The position numbers and the translations under genes were made by a program. From Adineta vaga (Eukaryota; Animalia; Rotifera): 64,000 nt of DNA. The stretch is taken from assembly GCA_021613535.1 (NCBI GenBank), contig CP075492.1:4464001-4528000 (forward strand), given 5' to 3'. This document shows, piece after piece, positions 1 to 20,323 of the stretch. Below the pieces are notes generated by a model. That model saw only the letters and a list, made by a program, of their open reading frames with translations. It had not been told where the DNA came from and did no database searches. Each line of letters starts with the position of its first letter. Positions within the stretch are counted from its first letter, which is position 1.

Positions 1-135
1 ATTGATATTCAAAAGAGGAATGAATCGAAGCATATCATGATTGGATCGTCATTATCATTCAATGAAAATCTGTCAAGACGAATGATGGCAGGATATGACG
101 AGAAAATTGTTCGAGAAATTTTAACTAATTTATAA
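1..135 (+). CDS. 3' end of an unidentified coding exon running off the window edge
   Basis: Open frame from base 1 (IDIQKRNESKHIMIGSSLSFNENLSRRMMAGYDEKIVREILTNL) to TAA at 133-135, followed by AT-rich UTR-like sequence; no family recognised. Confidence 0.35.
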   Translation: MDIQKRNESKHIMIGSSLSFNENLSRRMMAGYDEKIVREILTNL

Positions 136-1030
136 TTTGATTCATAGAATTTAAATTGAATTATTCAAATGAAATGTCATTTCTTTAGTATAATCAGATC
201 AAATGTTAATATCTTTAATCATACTTGTCAAACTATTCATTAGAATGAATGACAGCGGACTAAATAAGGTTATATGTTAACTGAAACAAAACAGATGCTT
301 TGCTTAGTAATAATCTTGAAAAGCAGTATGGTTTCATTCCATTCAATTTGACATTGAAATGTTAATTGTTTCTTCACTATAGATTAACATATAGGTAATT
401 ATTTCTAATGTCTAGTTTTATAGAATAAATGATTACTAATTCATCATAGAAAAAATATACATAAATGCCAAGAAGAAACTCTTTTCATACAAGTGAGAGT
501 ATCATGAATAATATTTCAGAACAAAACGAAATCATGTTTTCCTTTATTTGATCAAGTCGACATTCCAACACGTATATATTTCGATGATAAGATTAATGGA
601 ATTTAGAATCCTTAATTCTTTTTGAGACCACAACTACTCATACATAGTTTTATTAGTGGTAGAGAGAAGAAAATAGTTAGTATTTGAACAGTAAGGATGT
701 GTGTATGTACATATTGATTGTTCCTTTTCTTTTTTCGTTTCATTTAGAAGAACAAAACATCACGTCTATAGGTGTCGCTGATTAACGTTAATTATCGTCG
801 AACGATTTCCTTGTATGCTGATCGGTCAATTTTTTTTTCTTTCCTGTTTGACAATCTGTCTGACTGACTTGTTTCTTCTGTACTGTAAACAAACAACAAG
901 CAACAAAGAGATGATCCATCTTATCGTGAGAATTTTCAGTGTATTTACGCATTAGTATACGTGAATGTGTGTCGATGTCCTATGTCTGACTTGTTACTCT
1001 TCTTTGATATAAAATTCTCTAAAAAAAATC

Positions 1031-7776
<6,746 letters not shown>

Positions 7777-8016
7777 TGATATTATATTGAGAATGAAAGA
7801 CAAGAGGATTATTTCGTATTTTCTTTTATTCTTACCGATCATATTCAGATCAGCACGAAAACTTTTGATGAATCTTTTTTTTGTCTCTTCTTTTGTATTA
7901 TCTTCTTTGGCGTGCAATTTTTTACTCATGTTTTTCTTTTGCTGTGTGGTGACCCACGTTTTTTCTTTTTGGTGCCTTCTTTTCTTTTTTCTATTTCTTG
8001 GCGTACACTCATTCAC

Positions 8017-8041
8017 TCACACACACACACATATATATATA
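8017..8041. repeat. (CA)n(TA)n microsatellite in the 3' UTR of the MRCK gene
   Basis: tcacacacacacacacatatatatata read directly. Confidence 0.7.
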
Positions 8042-10199
8042 CACAAAATTTGAAAATGTTTTCTTTTTTTTTCCGTTGCACCTATTCTCGTCATTATTTC
8101 TTCTATGCTTATTAATGCGAAATCTGTACGAAGTGAATGAACGAATATTTGTGGAAAAAGCCGTTACTGACTTTTTTGTTCTTCTCTTTTTTTCGACCAA
8201 TAGCTTTCTGCTAGATACGCACATGCTTGTTATTGATTCAATTACTAATGCGGAATGTACAGATATTTCAAATTTATATAGTTTCACTAAAAGTTTCTAA
8301 TTAGAAAGATGTCTGTTTCTTTTTTATGCTATAAGACAATAGAGCAATTACAACAATATGACTGACAACTTTCACTAAATGATCTTTGATACAGAATACA
8401 ATTGGAACTTTTTCAACATTACTTTATTGCCGTGAAATCTATGACATATATGATGAGTTATCATTGAATATTTTAAAATCGATTTCATACGAATTCGTAC
8501 ATCAGCATTGATTACAATACATAATGATGTTCTATTTTAAAAAATGGTCCAATATTTTTCCTTTATAATTGACATATCTTAATTTCTCATTTTTCACTAT
8601 TATATCAATCAAGAAATTGATCAGTCAGGTTGGGATTACTTATTAGGCTAAGAAAAAGAACAAACTATTTAGAAAAACAAAGACTTCATTTTCTGCTTAC
8701 AGGAATGTATGGGAATTTATTGAATAGACAAACTTGTATCGAAATATAAGAATATTCAAAAAGAGGCCTATCCTCACTTTTACTGTTTTCGATAAACATT
8801 GGTCATCAAAATTTTATACGATGTCATTCAGTGCCGCACTTACTTGTGAAATGGGTGGATGTGGGTGTTGATCTCTTATTCACCCACACCCTTTCCTAAT
8901 TTATATGGAAAATGTTTCACGTAATCATTCTGAACTGATGCCTAATAAACATGTCAATGATCTATTCGATAATAATCTTCTTCCATTTTTTTGTTTAATA
9001 GCACATTTAATTTGGATAATAGTTCTCATTATTGTGATTGATTAATGTTGTGTATCGAATAGCAAATCAATCTGTCGAATATTATTCAAACTTTTTCTTT
9101 GTACATGTCCATTATTGTTATGTGATGAATTAAGTCTTCTTTTTTTCTTTCATATTTATTCTTTGAACAATGATCTCGTTATGATTATTATTAAATGGTT
9201 TATATTCATCGCCACCCTTTTCATTAGTTTCTGGACGGGAACTCTGAGTGATCAACATCAACGGCGTGGTATTCATGGAGGACAAATAGCACCTGAACAA
9301 CATAATCCATTATATTATTTTCAAAATTGATTTTTCTTTTTGTCATACTCATTTCTTTTGAAATCAAAATAACGACATTCTCGAAATGATTCGAATTGTG
9401 ATGATTGACATTGACTTGCAATATTTTGTTATATCTGATAATTAGGAAAAAAAATAAGTACGAACAGATAGATGATGCGGAACATTCTTTCATCAATGAA
9501 TATATTCGAAAGAATATTCAGATCAATTAAATAGACACAATACAATCGGTAATATTTGATTGAAGAAACAGTTTATGATATATATTTATCATTTTGATTG
9601 ATACTATGATCGAATCAATTTTACAAATATATCACACTAATCCAGATATGAGAAAGTTTATTTTCTTTATGTTTTGTAAGATCGGTTTTGAAGAAATATC
9701 ATCATACAAAACATACTCATTTTCGTCCAGAATAATCACACAGAAGAAAGATACTTGCCAAGTTGTCATATACGGAGTAGTGTAGAAATCGTTAACTCGA
9801 TTCGAGTATTAAACTTATATATCTAGAAGTCGAAGCTTCGTGTTTTAAACTTTTCAACCTCCCCACTTTCCTCCTTGCCTTCCAACACCCTCATCCACAC
9901 CCTTAAAATTATCACAGGGATCAGTCAGGACGTCAATGTAATCGATTGATCGACTGGATTGGATTGTTATACTTCTGAGACGCACGTGCTTATGTTATCT
10001 TTCTCTCACCTATCACAAAGTGACTCACTTTCTATGGTTGTTGATTGTTGATTGTTGATTGTACTGCATACCCATTCTATTGTCACTCAACTATCGATCA
10101 GTCATCATATTTGACTAACTTCGAACGGTTTTTAATCTATACGTTGTCATCGTCCAATATTTTCGTCTTTCTTTTCTATCACTTATCTTTTGTAAGAAA

Positions 10200-12271
10200 A
10201 TGTCACAAGTTAATGGTAGCAGTAATGAATATGACTATATTGTTATTGGTGGTGGCACAAGCGGTGCAGTTATTGCTCGTCGTTTAGCAGATGCGAAAGC
10301 AAATTTTACTGTATGTCTTCTTGAAGCTGGCTCGAGGTAAGTTTATTCGTATTTCATTTTTAATTCTCTTTTAATGTAATTATCAATCATTATTCAAGTG
10401 AAAAAGATGTATACGACAGTCAAATGCCTGGTCGCTTTTTTGCATTGATCAAAACGGAATATGATTGGGGCTACGATACGATTCCTCAAATGGGATGCTA
10501 CAATCAATGTTTAGCCACTCCAAGAGGTCGTCTTCTTGGTGGATGTAGTGCAATGAATGGTACATTGATCTGTCGAGGTGCCAAAGCAGATTATGATCGA
10601 ATTGCTGACTTGGGAAATCCAGGATGGAGTTGGAATGATATATTACCTTTCTTCAAAGCATCGGAAACATTTCATCCTGCTGAATGGCATCAAGCAGATA
10701 TGACTGTACATGGTACTGACGGACCTTTACATACTGAACCCTATTTTGGTGCACCTATTTCGGAGAAAATTCTTCAATCATTTATCGATAGTGGTTATAA
10801 CTATAAACCAGATATGTTTGCACAAGGTGAATTCGAAGGTTAGTTATCGTATTTTACAAAAATATTGTTTTGATCAAAAGTTCTCTAGGCGTTGGTCATG
10901 CAACACGTACGATTTATAAAGGAAAACGATGTACAAGTGCCGATTTTCTTCATGTTCCTGAAAAACAAAATCTCACTATTCGTACACGAGTATTTGTTGA
11001 TCGAATCATTTTGGAAAATGTAAATCGTGAGCAAGAACAGTCATATAAAGCCGTTGGTGTTGAAGCACATGATGATATAACTAGTGAACCAATAATTTTC
11101 AAAGCAAGGAAAGAAATTATTCTTAGTGCAGGGTAAATGAACGTCAAATATTTCGATTTCTTTTCAACTCTTTGTACAATAGTGCTTATAATTCTCCAAT
11201 GATTCTCATGCATTCGGGTATTGGTAGTAAAAAGCATCTTGCTGAAGTAAATATTAATTGTAAGATTGATTTGCCTGGTGTTGGTAATAATCTTCTCGAT
11301 CATCCAATTGTAAGACTATTATATATTTTAGTTCATCGGAAAAATATTCAATTATATATTTGATAGGTTTATACTTCTTATGAAGTTCGTGATCCGTATC
11401 TTACTCTTGATCAATATGCATTTAGTAATCCTCAAGATCTTGGATTATCAATTAAAGAATGGCATGAGAAAAAGACAGGTTTTTTCGCAAGATTTCCTTT
11501 TGGTCCATTTGCTTTGAAAAGAATTGATAAAACAATACAAGATCCTATTTGGGAAGCGGCTAAGTCTTCATGTCAAAACAACGATCCAAGTGGACAGTTA
11601 TCAAATCAGCCGCATATTGAATTCTGGACTACTGAACAATATTTTGGAGCACCTCATCTTCAGCATACAGGTGTGTATTGATTAATTATTATTTAAAAGA
11701 GAAAACTTGAATTATAAGACAAAGATAAAGGAAATTTTTATCTTGTTTAGAAGAAAATCCAATTTATCCTATGAATGGTGAAGGTATTTGTACAATGATT
11801 ACTCTACTTTGCGGTGCATTGCAGAGAGGTACTGTTCGACTTGCATCGAATTTTCCTACGGATAAACCAATTATTGATCATGCTCATCTTTCGAATGAAA
11901 TCGATGTTGCCGTACTTGCTGAAGGTTGTCGATTGGGTCATGAAGTATTAACAAAGGGTTCGGCAACAAAAGATATCATTCGTGGTGCATGGCCAAGAAC
12001 TATATGTTATCCGAAAGATACAAACAGTTGGAAAGAACATGTACGTACCAATTCTGGAACTTGTTTTCATCCCGGTGGTACTTGTAAAATGGCACCTAAC
12101 GATGATCCTCTGGGTGTAGTAGATCATCGTCTTCGTGTACGAAATGTAACAAATTTAAGAGTAGCTGACGTGTCAATTCTACCTCTGCTCAACAGTGGAC
12201 ATACACAAGCGCCTGCTTATGCTATTGGTGAGAAAGCAGCTCATATGATTTTACAAGATACTAATTCTTAA
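10200..12271 (+). CDS. GMC (glucose-methanol-choline) oxidoreductase, fungal AA3-like, 6 exons
   Basis: ATG at 10200 gives MSQVNGSSNEYDYIVIGGGTSGAVIARRLA (FAD-binding GxGxxG), then LLEAG, PRGRLLGGCSAMNG, EIILSAGAYNSPMILMHSGIG, DLPGVGNNLLDHP, FHPGGTCKM, VVDHRLRVRNVTNLRVADVS and SGHTQAPAYAIGEKAA. Five short GT-AG introns. Confidence 0.92.
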
Positions 12272-13049
12272 ATGTATTGTAACGAAAGTTAAATATCATT
12301 ACGTTTAAATGTATTTCATTTTTTTGTTTCTATTATATTCTTCATTAGATATCGTTATGTAAAATTATGATTTACTATTTTTTATATTTATTTCAAAATA
12401 TAAAACGTCGTTTCTGTTCGAATCCAAAATCATAGAAACCTTTAAAGTTCAATACGATAATCGAATAACTGTCAGAATGTCATCGTTAATTAATATTAAA
12501 ATATCATCTAGGAAAATGGCAACCGTGAATACATACTGTGAATACAGAATTGTAAGATAGACAGACAAATGTCAAGGTCAAGACGAAGAATTTTGATAAA
12601 GAGTTGTTTGATCAAAACAGACGAACTGTGAATAGTATGTTTATTTTGTCGACAAAAATAAATCAAAGAAAATATGTCACTTGTCGCAAAATATTGACTG
12701 ACAGCAAGGAAAAGACGAATCGAATTTAATTAATTCATGTCAGTATTTGACAAATAGAATTAACTTTTATTTCTTCACACAATTTAGTAAGTCAATAGAA
12801 TTAACAAAATGTTCATTGACATATTTACCATCTTCAATGTATTCATCCAAACAAGCAAACAAAAAAATAATTAAACATACACATCAATGAATAAAAAAAG
12901 AAATAAGAAGAAAATAATATATTCATTTTTAACACATGATAAATCTTTTTACGGATCATATATTTCCTTCGATTAGAACTCTTTTCGACCATCGTGTAAT
13001 TAGAAAATACGAACGTCATTGTATATTTCATTAAATAAAATACATTACA

Positions 13050-14420
13050 TTAACAACCATTTGTTTGACATAATAATGGTGTTGTAAAGGATGAATTTTT
13101 CATTGATCCTTGTTCTGATAATGTATTAGATAATGGAACATCATGTAATTTAATCATTTCTTTGGGTGAATTTATCTCAGTGATTTGTTCATGTCCATTT
13201 TTAAGTGTTATTGGTTGCTGAACAATAACATTTATTGGATTTCTTTGATCATCATTTCCGTCTTGTTTTCTTCGAAATTGTTGTGCAATTAAATCATTCT
13301 GTGATTTTCGACAACAATAAATATTTAAACATTCAGCACGAAAGATTTGTCCGAAAACACAAAATGGCAAGAAATTTGTTGCAGCATTAATAACAGCAAT
13401 TAAATTTGCTATACTATGAAAACGTCGTACAAGCGCACTTGATGATGCATTAAAAAAAGCTTTGATTGTTGAATCAAATGACCATAATATCCAAAGAACA
13501 ATTGTTGGACTTCGACATAGAAGTAATGTTAAAACAACTGCAATAACCATCATTGTCACCGAATATTTCGATTGATTTGAACGATTTTGAATACGTTGAT
13601 CTTTACCATTCGTCGATGTATGTTTACCTAAACGTTTCGCACGAGATCTTACTTGACGTAAAGCACGAATAAGTTGTATATTAAAGGAAATAATAGTAAT
13701 CGTTGGTAAAGTATATACAAATATAACATTAAAAAATACATATATCCAACGAAATAATCTTAATCGTGCTAAATTACTATAACCTTTTGTAACAAACATA
13801 GTATCATGATTACTGGATTTATCAATTTCTGATATCGAATCATTTTCGGAATCAATTGTTGGATAATCAAGTTTCATGTATATAATTTCATACTCGAAAA
13901 ATAATGGAATTGAATATAGTAAAGCCATAAGAAAAAATGTTCCTGTGATAATTTTTGCACGAGCTAAGGTACAAAATGTTTTCGCATAAATTGGATAACA
14001 TATTAAAACCCATCGATCCATGGTAACAGCAGTTGATATCCATAGAGATAATGTTCGACTACCAGCAGCAACAGCTCCAAAAACAATGTCAATATTACGA
14101 AGCAAAAGAACAATTACAGTACTTCGACGAGTTTGAAGGTATGAATCTAACGAATATGTCATGGCAATCGATAAACATGTTATCATATCCGAGAGAGATA
14201 AACCAGTTAAATAAACAAATGTTGATAATTGCACACTTAAACGATTTAAAACAATAACAGACAAGGAATTACTTATTAGACCTAGAATAGCAAATATAAA
14301 ACTTGCTATTGTTACCCAATGAGATATCGGATCAGTTGGAGCAAGATTAATAGTTCGCCATATCGCATCTATTTCATGTTGAGTCCACGTGGAATCATTC
14401 GATATAGATAAATTACTCAT
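13050..14420 (-). CDS. Rhodopsin-class neuropeptide GPCR (FMRFamide-receptor-like), single coding exon
   Basis: 456-aa ORF with 7 hydrophobic segments, GLISN (TM1), YLTGLSLSD (TM2), TMDRW (DRY variant), LLCRSP (TM6) and NAATNF (TM7). Confidence 0.88.
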   Translation of the reverse strand: MSNLSISNDSTWTQHEIDAIWRTINLAPTDPISHWVTIASFIFAILGLISNSLSVIVLNRLSVQLSTFVYLTGLSLSDMITCLSIAMTYSLDSYLQTRRSTVIVLLLRNIDIVFGAVAAGSRTLSLWISTAVTMDRWVLICYPIYAKTFCTLARAKIITGTFFLMALLYSIPLFFEYEIIYMKLDYPTIDSENDSISEIDKSSNHDTMFVTKGYSNLARLRLFRWIYVFFNVIFVYTLPTITIISFNIQLIRALRQVRSRAKRLGKHTSTNGKDQRIQNRSNQSKYSVTMMVIAVVLTLLLCRSPTIVLWILWSFDSTIKAFFNASSSALVRRFHSIANLIAVINAATNFLPFCVFGQIFRAECLNIYCCRKSQNDLIAQQFRRKQDGNDDQRNPINVIVQQPITLKNGHEQITEINSPKEMIKLHDVPLSNTLSEQGSMKNSSFTTPLLCQTNGC

Positions 14421-17400
14421 CTAAAAGAATATCCATTGAATAAAACAAAAAAAAACAATTTCGTTTTTTGTCAATATAACTTCTCTGGAGTCGCACAATC
14501 ATATTGCCTCTTATTTAATTTAAAATAGTATTCACATGACATCAAGTACATTCTCAAAGGAATTCGTATTTATAGGAAAATTCATTTGATTCCATGTGTG
14601 CGTCCAATAGAAGTACCTTGTAATACTTATTTGATTTCTTTTGATTAAGTACTAAGATCTTACAGATTCAAGTGAGAACGTAGATTGATAATGAGAAAAG
14701 AAAATGCGATTTAATCTGACAAATACAACTTATTTTTGTCAAGAAAACATCATCTTTACTATACTTATCTTTATTGTAAACAAAAAATTATTCTCCATTT
14801 GTCGTCTAGATTTAATGTACTTCTTTTCTATCTATATAGCTTAAACATAAAAGTGACATTTATTTATATTAGAACTAACAAAGCACTAAAAATCTCCTGT
14901 TTTTTCTAATCTATGTTGACAACATTATGAAATAGAATATTCCATACAATAGACACGTATGGTGTTCTACATAATGAGAAAATTTCTCTTTTTTTTTCAA
15001 TGCTAGCATGATGAGGTCAACGTAGATATAAAAGCTCAACTAGGCTTTTGTAATAAATAGCAATAAAATCTATTATAAAAAAAAAAGAAGAATTATAAAT
15101 TCCAAATGAAGAAAACAATTGATACCGGATATAATCTTCGCTTCGTGAATATGATTTTGACTAGTTAGAAAAGAAGTTAGCTAAAATATTGATTACCATT
15201 TAATTATTTACAGTTGAAATTCTTTTCTCAGATTTCTCTGGAATAATAAAGAAAAGAAAAACATGTTTTCAAGAAGAAAGAACAAATGTCAAATTTGATC
15301 GTACTGAGAAGTTCTTTTTTTTTTCTTTGAGAAATTCTATTATAGATTCATTCTTCACTCGACACTGATCATATTAGATAGAATAGAAATGATCTATTCT
15401 TTTAAGAAAAAGAAACCTGAACTTGACATAACGAATAGATGCCGATGGATAAATAAATAATTATTAATTTTCATATGAACTTAATATATTTCTCAACTTA
15501 CTCCTTCCAGGAAAAACAAGATGTTAGATAATTGATTTCATTCTCTGTATCCTATCGAATTTTTTGAAGCCTGAAGTTAAATAGACAAATACTTACCGCA
15601 AGAAGTAGTTCTCTAAGTTGTTTAGTTAAAGAATAAGCATTCTTCTCGTTTCCTAAAGTAATAATAAAAGCAAATAAATGAGGTGTGTTGGTCTCTTTTT
15701 TTCTCTTGTTTCCATTTGTTGATTATAATAGTTGGTTATTCCCTCAAGCATTTTTTGTCTCTTTTTTCTCTTCAGTCAGTTTTTTTTCCCCATTGCGTTG
15801 ACGATGTCAATTACTCTTTATCGTTTCTACTAAACATCTTATTATTGGTATTGTACACGAATAACTCCCTATTCTAATTGTTTGAAATGTTCTCACATTC
15901 TGTGTCTATTTTGTCTCTTACTTTCATGAAGAAGATAAAAATCTTAAAATAATCAGAAACACTAAATTGACAGAAACATACGGATAACACAACTTATCGT
16001 GTTCTTTTGTGACTTTTTTTCATGCCAAAAAAACATAGAGTAAGATGTAGAACGAATATTTTTAATGATCGCGTGATTATACGAAGTATAATTATGATTT
16101 GTATCAATGAAATTTCTTCGACGTTATGATGATTTTCGATATCCTGATACACATTAAGCAAAAAAAAGGACAAGTGAATAATTTCAATCCACATGATATT
16201 CGTACATCAAAAAAACAAGAAATGTAACAAATACTTTCGTTTTCTCAAAGAAATCTGATCTTAGTTTACTATGAAATAATATAGTAAGACTTTCGATTTC
16301 TCTTCTGGGTATCTAAACAGATATTGGATACATCAAAGATTAATCAAAAGCTTTTAATTGGATGAAAACGTATTGAAGTTAAACTCGACGTTTATCTCGT
16401 GAAACTCTGCAAGTACAATGACAGAGATGTTTTTTGTTGATTGTTTATATAAGGACGACTCCGTAATCAAGCTTTGCCTTATCGGTATTTATTATCAATA
16501 ATCCGAAGACAAACAGATGCCCTATTTTTAAGCAAATGATTTTCTTCTTCTTCTTCTCTTTTGCTTTTCTTAGCTGATTTGATGGCAAAGGTTAGCATGT
16601 TTTCTTTTTGTTCTATTTAAATTTAATCTTAATTACGAATAATACTAATATTTTTTGTTGAAAAGAATTTTTCTCCGATTCAATCACTCAAAAATAGCAT
16701 CATTCTATATAGGTTAATTCGGGTATCGACACTAATGATAGGATGAAGGGTGTGTTGTACAGATGTAACTGGAAAAACAAGGAAAATGTTGATATTTTCT
16801 CTTTTACTCCTATATAGATGTAGGTTGTTTTCGTAGTCTTCTTGCCATTTTATTTGGATGATGTGAAGACGGATCGAGTACAGTTCTATTGATGTTGTAC
16901 TTGTCTAATGAAGGACATGACAATAGATTTTACAGTTATTTTTCTGTCTATTATCAGTGACGTTCTTCTAATGATAATTTAAACTTATGATTATTTCCGA
17001 TTGTGGCAATTATTCCCTTTTCTTTTCAAATGACGGATGTTTTTTTGTTCTTCATAATCATATCTGATAGTTACAACATAATATTATCGAACATGAAGTT
17101 CTTTTTTATGCTAGTTAAATCCTAATTGTCTTATTCTTTTTCACATCTATCATTTTCTTATCATCAAAAATGTACCATTGGTAATTAAGGATGGAAGAAA
17201 AAAAGAAGAACGAGACGAATACGGAAGTAATCTTCAGTATCGTGTAAGGTATAGTTGTTGTTGTTGTTGTTATTGTTATTGTGTTGGTATTTTCTGTCGA
17301 TTATTGATGATAGTATCGATCGTTTTCCTCAGAAAGAGAGAGAGAGAGAAATCCATAAACCACAGGACACGTTCTTCTACAAAAGGAAAAAGTACCATGA

Positions 17401-17669
17401 GTAGTAGTGCGTTTAGCAAGAGAAAAATAATATGTGTTACTCTTCTTCTTTTTTTGTCGCTTTCTCTCTTTCGTTTCTAATACCGATAACATACTTGTCC
17501 GATAATAATACAGCATCATCATCGAACAAGATCAATATGTTAGGATGAAGGTTATAGTTGTCTCGAGCTTTATCCTCTTCTCTGAAATGCGCGTTTTGTG
17601 AAACAAAAATTTTATCAACATTCTTTTCTTATTAGATTTTTTTCTCTCGACAATTAGATTTCTATTGAT

Positions 17670-18495
17670 ATGTCATTCTCAACAAAAAATTACTCAAAAG
17701 AATCTCGTTCGTCATCTTATTATTCTCGCTCGTCTTCGTATCATGCAAGTACGAATAATGGCGGTAGCTCTTCATATGTATCTTATTCAAGTAACGATGA
17801 TCGACCATTAAGTACTCGTTTAATTGAACGAGATTCTTCATGTCCATCACTTGCATGGCATTATGATTTCGATGATCCATTCTTTTACGATCGATTACGT
17901 TGGCGTTTTGATAATGATTTATTCAATTATAATTATGGATTAGGTCGTCCTATTCCAATAACTTATCGACGATGGAATAATTATTCAACAAAAAGTATAC
18001 CAATACAACGTATATCATCGGCAAGTAATCTTCGACGTCATCATTCATATCGAAAATCAGATAATGATGATTTATCATCAAGTTTTTCGAAACGTCATGA
18101 TGAAAGTTCTATGCGTAAGTAGTCGAGCTGATTTGTTTTCAAAATGGTTAAAACAAGAAGAATTCTCTTCATATAATTAGGACGAGAAAATCGTATTTCA
18201 TCTGATGAATGGCCATCAAAACGAGGTATGTATACAAAACATAGTGATACCTTAATTATAATTTTTTAAATATCTTTTAAGAACCTCCAACACGTAAACG
18301 GTCAAGTATGACAATATTCATACAACAACCTTGTAAATATTTTTCATATCAATTGAATAAAAACTAATTCTTTTTCTTTTCTATTCTCTCTCGTTCTCTC
18401 TACATTTAGTTATCGATCAAGCTGAGGTCCCATATTATCGTCAAACACCAAGAACACCAACTTATCCTAATTCATCACGATTCGAATATTATTAA
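17670..18495 (+). CDS. Ser/Arg/Tyr-rich, probably disordered protein of unknown function, 4 exons
   Basis: The ORF at 17670 continues in frame across three GT-AG introns (about 18115-18180, 18226-18281, 18333-18409) to ...PYYRQTPRTPTYPNSSRFEYY, TAA at 18493-18495. Confidence 0.7.
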
Positions 18496-19256
18496 ATGAA
18501 TTTTACTTTGCCATATCAATTCTATATTAATTAGAATCAATATTACCTTCTTGCTCTTTCTTTTTCTCTTCTTTTCAACATTGAATAACCCATGTAAAAA
18601 ATCTTAACAAAGATATCAGTTCTTTTTTTCTCTTCTTTTGTCTCTATTTAAATTAGACAATCAGTGTCATACACTTGTACTAACATCTTTTCAAATTTTG
18701 ACCAAATAAGTATTTATTGCCTAATTAAATTGAATACGAAAGAATTGTTTTAGTAATTCTATCAGGTCAAGCGACGCAATGGTTATGTTTCGATAAACTT
18801 TAAATGATTTTTTTTCTACCCGGTAGTTATATGTCAAATAAATACATTGAACTATACCCGATAAAGAAACTTTGTCAAAAATCTGAAAAGATTATAGGTT
18901 GGATCAGACAATAAGATGTGAAGCAAAAAAAAACATGTTTAATCTATGAAGTATTAATCAACGGAAAGCATCTCGAGCAATGAATGTTTATCGGACCTTT
19001 TTGTTTTTATCGATACTGTTTCGGTAGAATTAATCATAACAAGTGAAAAGAGATTAACTCCTAAACGTTACGTCTCACACCAATTGATTGCATAAAAAGT
19101 GAGATTGGTAAACATGATTCGTTAGTTAATCTCTATTGTCTATCGTTTTCGAACGACTTTAATACCTTTCTTTCTTTCTTTCTTCTAGTCTTTCGTTCGT
19201 TCGTTCGTTCGCTTTTATTTAAATGAACGAATTATTCATTTTCATTCATTTCCATC

Positions 19257-20220
19257 ATGTCATCGTCAATCTATTTCTATCTTGCAATATTTATTCTTAA
19301 ATTAATTCATAAACATCAAGTTTTATCTATTCCAACATGTATCATCATTGATACAGATATGATTCAACGACCTGAAGAAGATACGTCAACAATTAATAAT
19401 CGTTCATCTTCAGCAGTACTTTTACGAAATCTACGTATGCTTGATCATCAACGTTCATCAGCCATTCCAGAATTTGTTGTTGAATCGATACCATTGTCTT
19501 ATATTGATGTAAAATCAACATCACCGCCACCACCATTAACCAATTTAGATGAATCAGTTTTGAAAAAAGCTTTAGTAGAACCAGTTATTGAACGAACATT
19601 AGCATCCTGTTCTTTCACTGCATTGAATGAACTTGAAACACATATGGTCGTTCTATTTGAATTTCGTCGTTTACGTATTGAACAACCTGATCATTATTCA
19701 AAATTTCTCGATGATGATCCACGTGAAACTGTACCAGATTTATCAACAGCTGTTTATGAACGACGTTCAGATCCTGATGGTGTTCATTTTTGCCGTACTT
19801 GTCAAGATGGTGAGTCATTTTTCGTATTGCCCTATATAAATTTTCTTCTCTTTAACTTTGTTAGGTACTTGGAGTGAATTAACTGTATGTGAAACTGTTC
19901 GATGTGATGCAGAATTATTACGAGCTAATCCACGTTTAGTTACTGAATGGGGTGAAATCAAGCCAATAGATGGTGGTGCACTTTATGCTCCATCAACAAT
20001 ATTTGCGATTTATGCTTTTGCTTTTGGACCACATTGTAAACGATGCGAAACAAACGGACAATGGAGTCGTTATGCTCTACCAGAAGTATGTTCTGAAATC
20101 AAATTTTTTGGTCATAGTACAACAACAACAACAACATCAAAAGTTGACAAGAATGCTTTTCCGAAAATCAAACAAAGTACAACATCATCAGCGATTAAAT
20201 TGTTATATAAGAAACAATAA
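19257..20220 (+). CDS. Secreted Cys-containing protein with two sushi/CCP-like C-x-x-G-x-W-S motifs, 2 exons
   Basis: N-terminal signal-like segment. An intron at about 19811-19864 joins CRTCQD/GTWS in frame; second motif CKRCETNGQWS; Thr-rich tail. Confidence 0.7.
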
Positions 20221-20323
20221 TATGTACGTTATTTATAAGAAAACAATAAATACATCTATGTAGATTAGAACAATTCGATATAAATAAATATATATACGTG
20301 TATAATGATTCGTAGATAATTTA

